Source of the DNA: Vicugna vicugna
Lineage: Eukaryota
Length of the DNA stretch: 64,000 nucleotides
Assembly: GCA_013265495.1 (NCBI GenBank)
Contig: MU058213.1
Span: 248,001 to 312,000 of the forward strand
Reading direction: 5' to 3'
Under the pieces are notes generated by a model. The model saw nothing but the letters and a program-made list of their open reading frames with translations, was not told where the DNA came from and searched no databases. Each line of letters starts with the position of its first letter. Position 1 is the first letter of the stretch. Positions 52,999 through 64,000 of the stretch are shown here, one piece after another. Position numbers and translations under genes: made by a program.

Positions 52999-55900
52999 CT
53001 AAAAAGAAAAGTTTTACAATATGTAAGATACGTACCTTGTGAACAAATACTGGTTTATCTTAGTTTTTGCTGCCATTGTAAAACATACTGTGACACATTT
53101 TACAAAAAGTTAATGCAAAAATATTCAAAAATACCAATTTCCAAATAAAACATTAAAAATCACATCAAAAAAAAAAAAAAAAAAAGACTGACGGCACCCC
53201 AAGCATTATCATTCAACAACTGGAAACAGGAAGAGTTTTTTTTTCTCCCAGGTCTTCAACACTACAGACTCCATCTGTTTAGAGTTTCTCTCTGAAGCTC
53301 GTCTTAAACCCCAAAGAATAAAACCTCCATCTGAAAGTAATAAGGCACTGAGGGCTGCAGTGGTGCTCCCAGGGTTCAAACCAGGCTTAAGGAAGATCAA
53401 GAGAGAAATCAGATGCATTTTCCAATACAATTCCACATGGCTTAAAGAGCTGGTTAAATAGACATGAACCCCCGAGGCAGAAATTACATGCACTAAAGCA
53501 AAGACTAAACGTAACTCAAATGCCTAAGTGAATCCATCATGAAGCCTGCCTGCCCTCTCCCCTCAACCTTGCCAGGCACGAGGAAGAGAGGAAATCAACC
53601 CTAAGTGCTTTTGATCATGTGCTCACTCGCTCCCTCCCTCCCTCTCACACACGCACACATGTTTAATAAAATAAACAATAAACTAATTTTTATATAATGT
53701 GGCAAATACTTGGACATTTATGGAAAACGAAACACAAAATTAAGTTCCTGGAAAATTCCCTTGTTCAACATAACTATACTGAGTAAAACCACATATTTCT
53801 TCCTATTACCACACTTCTTGGTTTATGTTATTCCTGTTTTGCAATTTTGTGAATTTCAAGATAACATTAATGGGCAGAGGATGGGGACATTTTTCTTTTT
53901 CTGCCAAACTCAACTTATGATTAAACACTCAAAACAACCTAACAATGTAACTCTCAAATGAAAAATCCCCAAAGAAAGCAACATATAAAATCTATGAGGA
54001 GGTATTTTCCCCCTACTATTTTTCTACAGCCTTAAGCAATATGGTCACGTCCTACAAAACAGATATCCAATAGCCAGGGCTGACATGTGATGACATCAAG
54101 TCAGTGAGGTCCACATATGGCTGCTAGTGAAAGAGGGAACTAAGAGTAAAGACCAGAGAGGAAGACAGATGCTACTTTTACTTGTTACTAAAACTTCCAA
54201 TGTCACCAGAATCCTGCTGTAACTACCATAACCATCTTCAACCAAAAGAAAAACAAAGACAGAATTTTAAGCAAGGGAAATAGAGAAAAAAATCACATCC
54301 AGGAGGAAATAACCACTTATATTCTTACAGACAAGGCAGATTTGCCATACTATGCTATGCATTCAAGAAGGCTAAACTGATTGGGAACTGACTGAAGAAA
54401 TGTTTGTGTCATCACACTGATCTTTCATTGAAATAACAAAAATAATCTTACCCCCTACCAAAAAAAAAAAACTGTACCCTTGAACAACATTTCACAATTT
54501 CCAAAGTGCTTTTATAGCATTATCTCAGCAAAGTGGACTGATGGTAAGGGCATAAACTTTATCTAGTTGGGAATCACCACATGCAGGGTTTTCCATGTTG
54601 GTTCTGCAATACTGTCATCTTATGCAAGTTATTTAAGCTCTCTAAGCATTTCCTTGCGGTAAAATAGAAGAAATAATACTTACCTCTTAGGATGATTGTG
54701 AGAATCAAAAGAGAAAATCTATTTACATAGTGTTTAGCACACATCACTCATTAAAGAAACAAAACAGGGCACGATGCCCCCAAGCCTGGGCTAGCAACTG
54801 GGAATACAAAAACACAAGATGTAGCCCCAGTGAGTCTAATGGGGGAAGACAACCAAGTAAATAACCAATCACAACTAAAATGACCATCTGCCATGACAGA
54901 GACATCTACAAGTTACGAGTAGAAAACAGAAGGTATTCAGGAAATGTTAACATCCTCGTAGTTACAAAGAAAGAGTCTGAGATCATTGACAACTGTTGAC
55001 AGATATGTCTAAATTCAAAAAAGTAAAGCACTGATGAATTAAGAGGTACTAAGCCTGTTGAGAGGTTTATCTTATAACAAGGTGTTGTAGTCTAATTTAA
55101 CAAGAATACTCTACCAGTAGTGTTACTGTTAAACTCCCACCTCTCCCTGAGAGTTTTGATTCATGTAAATATAGGGCATGTGTACTAAGAGTTAGAAAAA
55201 TAATTATGAGAAAGTGGTGCCATTTACTGAAAGCCTACTGGGTATCAAGTTAATATACTATGCATTCTATATCCCTGGTCTTTTTTTCAAGACTGCAATG
55301 ATCCTAGAGTTGGTTACTCATCCATCCCATTTAATACAAGGAAATGGAAGTTCACAGGATTTAATCAATCCTAAATCACAAGGTAAATAAACACTGGGAT
55401 GCAAATTCAAATCGTTTCATACACTTCACTAATGGCCATCTTCTCTCATTTTGTTTTCTATTGCTTAAATTTTTGTTTTTCTTATCAATTACATAAACTC
55501 ATCTAAATTCTTCATTTCTGCTGTGATCTCTGTTCTACAAACAAAAAGGTTAAGAGAATACAGGGTTCTCTGGGCTTTGATGGTTACTTGGTTGGATCAA
55601 GTTATCTTCAGGAAGTAGTCTTAAGAGGCCAAGGTCAACCTATGAAAAAAACTTAAAACCAAGAAAACAAAGGACAGATTAACAAAAATTTCCCAAGAAA
55701 ACACCCTTTCCCTCTCTGAATCTTAGTCATTTAAAATCCTAAATGCTTATGACACTCTCAGAATTAAAAATTAACTTCTAAAATGGACAAATAGGTTTCC
55801 TTATTGAATGGGTCCCTTACTAAGCTAGAACTCATACTACTTATCCATTAAAGTGAAATAAAATCATTTTAAATGTTTAATTTTGATGTTTTCAGTGACA

Positions 55901-58900
55901 AGATTTTTCTTTTTTTATAGAGGGAAATAACTTCTAAATTTTAAAACTAAATAGGAAAATTAAGTCACCTTCTTGGCCTTGACCATCCCTCATTCCCAAG
56001 GAACACTTAACAGTTACCTACCAACCCTTCCTGAAATGTTTAGTGTACATACAAGTGTATCTACATATAAATCTTTGTTTTTAACATAAAGGGAGTAAGT
56101 TACACACAATTCTGCAAATTATTTTCCTCTTAATTAACAATGTATCTGGAAAACTTTCCAAACCCCACAGAATGAATTATTTCACTGGTCTGAATAGTTG
56201 CATATTATTTCGTTCTGTGGCTCTGCCACAGTTAATTTCGGTTGTTTCCAGTCTTTTACTACTACAAAAAAACGCTTCAATGAAGATCTTTGTGTGTATA
56301 ATATTATGTATATTATATACAAGTATACCCATAAGATAAATTCTAAGACATAATTTTCTGGGTCAGTGACTAAAATTTATAACTACTTCAGACTGCCCTT
56401 CAAAAACATCACACCCCCAGATACATAAAAAGTACCTGTTTCTCCATTTCATCACTAATCCTGATCATTACCAAATGTTTTAATCTTTCTAATCCAACAA
56501 AACCTGTCATCTCCTTGTTTTAATTTTCATTTTTATTAGGAATATCTTTTCATATGTTTATCAGTTATTTATATTTTTCCTCTGCAAACTGACTAGTCAT
56601 GTTACTGGCCCATTTTTTAACTGGGCCTTCAGTCTTAATGTTCTAAACGATTTGTAAGAGCTCTTTATAGAACTCACCCTTTGTCATACATAGCTAACAA
56701 GTTTTTTTTTTTTTTAAACAAAGTGCCTGAACTGAAGATATATAAAGGCACAAACATATTAAGGAAAGGATAACATTTTTCACTTGAGATAATATATTTT
56801 TATAATACATAATTCCAATTTTTAAAGTTTTATAAGAAGATCATAATAGGCCAAGGACTATTTTAAAACCCTAATTTATGGATTACCAGGAAACTATAGA
56901 TTTATGCATAAAAAATACACATTCTTGACTTAATGAGAATTCTCAAAATGAAATTTAAGTCTACAAAATAAAAGCACTCATTATCAGCAACATATTCAAT
57001 CAGCCTCATTTGTCTGTCTGCAAGTTTCCACCTAACCAGACCCTTACTATTATCAATTACTGCCTACCACAATCACCAGCCAAAGTGAATAAGCCTCCTG
57101 TCACTCAGATACAGGTCCACACAACAGTTAGAAAAGGGGGAGAGGGCAGTATTTGAAAAGAAGCTCTTCTTTCCACATGACTAAGAACACACTTTCCTGA
57201 TAAGATTCAATCATTCTAACAGTCTAAAGTTCATTTGAAAATGCTGAACAAGCAAAATAAATAAGGAAGAAACTAAATATTATGCAAAAAGCTTAGAATA
57301 AAAAAACTAATCTATGTCAATAATGGGTGAAACAATGTCAGAAATAATCTACTAATGACTACTTGAGTGGTAACCAAAGGGACTGTACTTCTTAGACATA
57401 ATTCACACCAGGAAATGCAAACTTAACACACTACTTATAAGTAACAGTAGAAAAAAGCAAAGCTGAGAGTGGTATGCTGAGTGAAATGTAAGACAAAGCT
57501 TAATAATGTGTAAAAACAAAAATCTACGGCCAGAGAAGAAGAAAAAAATTAAAGAAAATCCTGCAAGTGTTTGGGATTAAGTGGTAAGAGACAAAATGAT
57601 TTTTTGTTTTAATTTCCTAACAACCCCAAAGAAGCAAATGATCTGGAAGTAGAACTTTAACTAAAACTGAAACTTTATACAACAGCTATTTTTAATATTA
57701 ATCAAAAAACTTGCCAATTTTGATAATTTACTAACAAGATGGTGCTACAAAAACTTCTAAATAGTAAGATTAAAAGAAACAAACAGCTGCAGTGCAAACT
57801 AAGCATATTTCTATACCCCTGAATAAAGAATAAATAAGTTTTTTCAATTTACTGATGCTAGTACCAACTGAAAGGAAAATGAGACCTTGAGAAGAAAAAT
57901 ATGCAATAACTAATTAACTTATTCTAATTAATCGCCACAAAACCAGCTCTATCTCCAGCTTGCCTGCATTCTTCTTAAAAGGTAGGTATGGAAGTGAAAA
58001 CCAAAAATCATCTTCTCTTATAAATAACTATTTTATGTCAGTGCTAAGAATAAACCATTTAAAGTATTAGTTATCAAAAATGTACAAAGGACATAATAGT
58101 AATACTGGTAAAAATAAGCCCCATGGAGGGGCCTGCACATATAAAAACCGAGAGTCACCTTTCAGCCCCAAATTTGTTCTCTCCAGTACTTACAGTACAA
58201 AATAACTTGCCTCATAGAGAATAATGAAGTAAAATACTCTTTTAAAATGGCTATCTCTAAAGAAATAGAATGAACATTTTGGGGACCTTAAATTATTAGA
58301 AATAGAGAAATAAGTACCCAAAATTGTTTCTTAATTTGTTTTTAATACATTTTCCATTTGAAAGAACCTTAAAGTTAACAGTAAGTTACGTAGCAATATT
58401 AATATGTAATGTTTATGACAACTTTCATTGTAACTACTGGACATTTCCAGGAAATTATTTAACCTAAACGTTGATATTTTGCAGGAAATGATCCTGATAG
58501 TGTTCAAAAAAAATATTTCCCAAATAATATGATTCAACTATTAAATGGTAATTAAACTTCCAGTTCTTCAATATGGTGCAAAGAGTATATTTTCGAGAAT
58601 CCAGAGGTGCTAACACCGACTATAACAAATGGGCAAATCAGTCTCTCCACATACAGATCTTTCCTCCATCAGTCAAATGACTATTGTGATTAGATCACTT
58701 CTGAGATCCCTTTTCAATTTTCAAACCGTGGGTCTCTTAAGTGTACACAAACTTGCCTCAAAGTCCTGATAAAAAGATTGAATAATTAGCGTGCGCTATT
58801 TTCCACAGAACCTCAGCTAAATGTCCTGTATCTTCTGACATTCCCCTACTCACAGCTGACAGGATGCAAGGATGGTACAAGACAATGACCAGCGGCTTAA

Positions 58901-59978
58901 CAGCCAGCTGAAAAAGATGAGCTACGCCAATCAAAGTCTACTCTGGGGAACTGAAGCCAAAAAAGCCAGAGTTAGTGGGAAGAGTTGAGCTGAAAGTCAT
59001 ACATGTTCAGGAATAAGACAGCCAGTAAGAATCACATGCAACTTGAAACTGAAACCACCAATTTGAGAAGCAACTGGATCAGACATCCAAAAATAAGAAA
59101 GAATTCATGAGAAAGCAAGTATATAAAATCTCTAAGAGAAGGCAGTTTGATTCTACCAGTTTTTCAGTTCTACTCACTGTCAAGTCCAGTCACCCTTCCT
59201 TGATGGTGCTTTGTGTATACTGAAATAAACCTTGTTTTTACTTCAGTTCATCTGTCCCTTGCCCCAGCTGACACTAACACTGGTACAAGGATTGAGGATA
59301 TTCAAAGCAGAGCTTCAAGGAACAGGTGCAACTGTTGTCCATGATATTACAGCAATAGCAATGAGGGTGCTAGGATGGAAAGCCAGCAAAAAAGGATGTA
59401 TGACAGAGACAGTAACTAAAGAGTATGATCCCTTGGGACCCAGAATACGCACCTAGAGAGACTAGGGCTTTGGCACACTGGACAGCCGAATGCACTTCTT
59501 CAGCCTTAAACAGGCATAGGAAAAAGCAATAAACAAGAGCATGATATACCTGTCACTCTGATACACTACTGCAGCATAAAACCACCTGATTTTCCTGGAA
59601 AACAATGTGGTAACATGAATTAAGAGACTCTAAAAAGATTTAAGTATTTTGATTTATTATGTCTATTTCTAGGACTGCAGCCTAAGAAAACATTCAGACA
59701 CACAAGCAAACATTACACCCAGTACCAAGATGTTTACTGCAGCATTAAAGTAATTTTGAAAATGGAAACAATCTAAACATCCCATAACAGAAAAATTATG
59801 CTTTTTTCGTGTCAAGTGTGTTGTCCATCTGACTCACAAAAGTTTCAAGGCAAAACTGCCCCACCCAAACCACAGTACTTCTGAAAGGGCAGCCTTGGCA
59901 GACCAAATGACCAATACTCATTGCATGTATCTGACTGGACCAGGGTTTGACACTTGATTCCCAAGACCAAGCAATTTT

Positions 59979-60832
59979 TTTTAACATTTTTTATTGAGTT
60001 ATAGTCATTTTACAATGTTGTGTGTATTCCAGCGTAGAGCACAATTTTTCAGTTATACATGAACATACATATATTCATTGTTACTTTTTTTTCGCTGTGA
60101 GCTACCATAAGATCTTGTATATATTTCCCTGTGCTATACAGTATAATCTTGTTTATCTATTCTACATTTTGAAATCCCAGTCTGTCCCTTTCCATACCCC
60201 GCCCCCTTGGCAACCACAAGTTTGTATTCTATATCTATCAGTCTGTTTCTGTTTTGTATTTATGTTTTGTTTTGTTTTGTTTTTTAGATTCCACATATGA
60301 GCGATCCCATATGGTATTTTTCTTTCTCTTTCTGGCTTACTTCACTTAGAATTACATTCTCCAGGGCCATCCATGTTTCTGCAAATGGCGTTGTGTTGTT
60401 GGTTTTTATGGCTGAATAGTATTTCATTATATAAATATACCACCTCTTCTTTATCCAGTCATCTGTTGATGGACATTTAGGCTGTTTCCATGTCTTGGCT
60501 ATTGTAAATAGTGCTGCTATGAACGTTGGGGTGCAGGTGTCTTTTTGAAGTAGGGGTCCTTCTGGATATATGCCCAGGAGCTGGATTCCTGGGTCATATG
60601 GTAAGTCTATTCCTAGTCTTTGGAGGAATCTCCATACTGTTTTCCATAGTGGCTGCACCAAACTGCATTTCCACCAGCAGTGTAGGAGGGTTCCCTTTTC
60701 TCCACAGCCTCTCCAGCATTTGTCATTTGTAGACTTTTGAATGATGGCCATTCTGACTGGTGTGAGGTGATACCTCATTGTAGTTTTGATCTGCATTTCT
60801 CTGATAATTAGTGATACTGAGCATTTTTTCAT
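59979..60832 (-). mobile_element. Young 5'-truncated L1 (open 182-aa ORF2 C-terminus + 3' UTR), 18-bp TSD
   Basis: ORF 60284..60832 is the L1 ORF2 C-terminus. TSD ccaagaccaagcaatttt at 59961-59978 and 60833-60850. The target reads TT|AAAA on the minus strand. Confidence 0.95.
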
Positions 60833-61599
60833 CCAAGACCAAGCAATTTTAATACCAAGAGCTATAGGCTGGCCAGCAATCTATGATGTGGCCTGGCTTT
60901 AAAAAGTCAGCTGAGTCAGATTCCACTTTCTGGATATTCAACTAAGAATTACAAAAAAAAAAAAAATAGGTAGTAATAGGCACTGAAGCCAAAAGGATTT
61001 TATGTACAGAGGCCAGGGAAATCCCTGGGGTCCTTACACAAGCCAGTTTTAATGGACCTAGCACAGAGAGAGGCTGAGACTATAAGAGCCACACAGCCCA
61101 ACAGAGAGTAACCAGTCCCCAGAGCTGTCCAGGTTCCTGCTATCTGAGGCCCAGTCGTACTGTGACTTAAAAGATTCTTGGAAGATGTGTCTTGTATGCC
61201 TCTTCTGTATTCTTATAATTCCCCATTCCTTCAGGTGATCTGTTTCTTGACCTGTTTCATTTAACTCTCAACAAATCTTTACAGCACGATAACTGTTGGG
61301 GATTCAAGTCAACAAACATCTACTGAGCAGTTACCGTGGACCAGGCACTCAGGGCACAGTGTGATGGAAAACAGACAAGATCTCTGCCATGTGGGGTTTA
61401 TATTTCACCAGGATAGAGGAGGGAAAGGAAGAGGTGGACGGTAAGTTTTAGCTTTTTTCTTTTTTTTAATTTGCAAAGAAGGCTTGAGATTCTCCTTTAA
61501 AAAATAACAGACAAAAAAAACAACAAAATGCACCTATATCCACTCCCTCACAAAACTCCACTAAGCCAATTTTTTTAAAAATTTAGAGGTGTACATAAA

Positions 61600-62252
61600 A
61601 CAAATACCCATCACAAAGAACCAAAATGTACATCTTGTTAGTTATCAAACTTTTACCCACTACTTGTAGCATCCATTGGATGATTCTTGCCTAAATCAGT
61701 TATTACTACGATGGCTGCCAAATGGTAATTTTCTAATTCCATCATTTCACTGTTTATTAGTTGCTTTTCTCTGTAAGGAATCATTTTCCTTATTTATCTT
61801 TATACTTTTAATGTTACTAAGATCATGGATTCTTAACTCATTCAATGGATGATAATTCTTTACTATCACTTATTTTCATACTCAAATTGTCCCAGATTTG
61901 GCCAGTAGGACCATTTGACCTAGCTCCTGTGTTCTTTTGACATTCTCATCATTCTTTGAACAATTCCTTACTTTCTAACACCAGAGATTCTAGGCCTACA
62001 ATCAGCTATTTTTCCATGGAATGCTGTTTCCTTTCAGTGGAGAATGGTATTTAGAAACCAAGATCTAGACACCAGCTGTTTCTGCTACTGGAGTAACAAT
62101 TGCATCTAGGCCCTCTCCACTGACAGATCAAAAAACAGGTGTGTGTGTGTGTGTGTGTATGCATGCAGGTGGGTATGTGTATATATGCAGACACCCACAC
62201 ACACTGGAGTAACAATTGCATCTAGGCCCTCTCCACTGACAGATCAAAAAAC

Positions 62253-62289
<37 letters not shown>

Positions 62290-63360
62290 CAGGTGGGTAT
62301 GTGTATATATGCAGACACCCACACACACTTTCAACTTTCTACTGAAAGGCTTAGAAGCACTGACATCCAGGACATGCATACATCCCCACCTTACCTATAC
62401 ATCTCTGTACCTGTATACCATTGCTCTCTCACTCTCTAAATATGTATATATACATGGATACACACATTATAATATAAACACATAATATGTACATATATGG
62501 ATACACACACACATATATGTGAGGTCACACTGATGCCTCTAATCTGATTATATCCACAACACAATGCATTCTAGCCTTCCTACTTTCCGTATTTTTAACT
62601 CCCTTCTTCAATAATAAGAAACCTGGTTCACATCATCCAATATAAATTAATCCACACCTGTGGTACATTTGTTGTTTTGTTTAAGAAATGTTTTGCAACC
62701 TAAAGATCATGAATAAATTTTCTACATTGCCTTCTAAAATCTTTATTGTTTAATCTTTCACACCTGGATCTGTAATCTACCAAGAGCTCATTTTTGTGTA
62801 TGGTGTGAGATAGAAGCCAAGTTTCATTTCTTTCCTGTATAAATAAGAAAAGGTCCCAGCACTACTGATTGAAAAGATCAACCATACTAAGCTACCACAT
62901 CGTCAGAAGTAAATCAAGCATCAGTAAATGTGTGAGTCTGTTTCTGGTGCTCTGTGTTGTTATAGTGGCATATTTGCTCTTAGGCCACCACCACACTGTC
63001 TTAATGACTACAACCTTATTAAGTCTTGAGCTGGTAGAAATAGTCCTCTCATCTTATTGCTCTTGAAGATTGTCTTATTTATTCTTGGCCCTATCAATTT
63101 CCATAAAATCGAGCATCATTCCATCAAATTCCACAAAATCCTCTTAAAAGTTTTGGCTGGGAATACATCAAAGCTATAAATGAGCTTGGAAAGAATTGCT
63201 ATCTTCACAGTAGTGAATCTTCCAGTCCATACACATGGTATCTATCTCCTTTTATTTAGGTCTCTTCATAAAGTTTTATCACTTTTGCCCACAGAAATCG
63301 TCTACATGCATTATTATACTTATTGCTAGTCCTTGGTATCTTTTGATGGTATGAAAAACG
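61600..63360 (-). mobile_element. Old L1 (L1M/ME-type) fragments
   Basis: aaattgtcccagatttggccagt...gaatggtatttagaaaccaagatct and tttttgtgtatggtgtgaga...tcccagcactactgattgaaaaga...cttggaaagaattgctatcttcaca are reverse-strand L1 landmarks. Confidence 0.7.
62087..62326 (+). repeat. Two-copy tandem duplication (116 + 124 bp), each copy containing a (GT)n microsatellite
   Basis: actggagtaacaattgcatctaggccctctccactgacagatcaaaaaacag(gt)n...gcagacacccacacac occurs at 62087 and 62203. Confidence 0.95.
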
Positions 63361-64000
63361 GTATCATAGTTTCAGTTCAGAGTAAGAATGATATTATATT
63401 ACATCTCTCCCACTGAATGCAGCCATAAAACACGGACAGAATGCATGGAACGGCTATCAAAGGACTCCAAAAAGTAAATGGTAGCAGGTGAGGTAGGAAA
63501 GAATAGAATTTGAAATCCACTGTACTAGCAGAGGATTTAACTAAAGTTAGAACGAAACCAAAAAGCAATAATGAAAGCTCCAGGAGAAACACAAGAAGTA
63601 GGAAAAGAGACTCCTAATTTTCAAGAAGAGAGAAAAAATTCCCCATTTATCCTTTTTTTTTCTTTTCTCCATTTCCTCACATCCCAGCCCCCAAGTAATC
63701 CCACAGCTCCAAAATGAGAAGCTGTGATCCCAAGAGAGTAGGGAAAACCCCTGTGGTTTTTTTTTTCTTTCTCTGTCCTGCTGCTACGTGGCACTGAACA
63801 CAGATACAGTCACAGGAAGTACAGAGCAGGGTAACTAAAGTCTCAACTTTCCATCCAGAGAACCACCAAGGGGAGCCCTAGGAAACTAGAAAGTAACAGA
63901 GAAATCACAAAAAGGAAAGCACTCATAAGAGCAACACAATAAACTTTTTTATTAACTCCTGGGCTCATTCCTGAGCAGCACATGCACAGATCATAACTTA

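Noticed and set aside
60284..60832. Host zinc-knuckle protein gene (also 33039..33398)
   Set aside because: It is the L1 ORF2 C-terminus, bounded by a TSD and followed by the L1 3' UTR.
62087..62326. CRISPR-like or other repeat-spacer array
   Set aside because: Only two near-identical units with no unique spacers, in a eukaryotic intron.
52999..64000. DMXL2 exon 1 / promoter / CpG island
   Set aside because: No CpG-rich region and no start-of-protein coding segment was seen. This is all intron 1.

Overview
AT-rich mammalian genomic DNA containing the 5' part of DMXL2 (rabconnectin-3 alpha, a WD40 scaffold and V-ATPase assembly regulator) on the minus strand. I traced 17 consecutive coding exons (exons 2-17 complete, exon 18 running off the left edge; numbering follows the human gene as I recall it). 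All have GT-AG boundaries and join into one uninterrupted reading frame. Exon 1 and the promoter lie beyond position 64000. The introns hold layered retro- and DNA-transposon relics: young 5'-truncated L1s with target-site duplications (TSDs), older L1M fragments, CR1/L3, ERVL/MaLR, Tigger and MER elements. Two tRNA-Ala-derived SINEs resemble camelid Vic-1, suggesting a camel/alpaca/llama genome (inference). No new biological system can be demonstrated from sequence alone. The two best leads are (1) an unexplained, well-formed 3' splice site in intron 14 that opens a 152-codon ORF in frame with exon 14, and (2) a ~95%-identical inverted pair of young L1s bracketing exons 2-6, a 480-nt stop-free phase-0 block that could form a circRNA.
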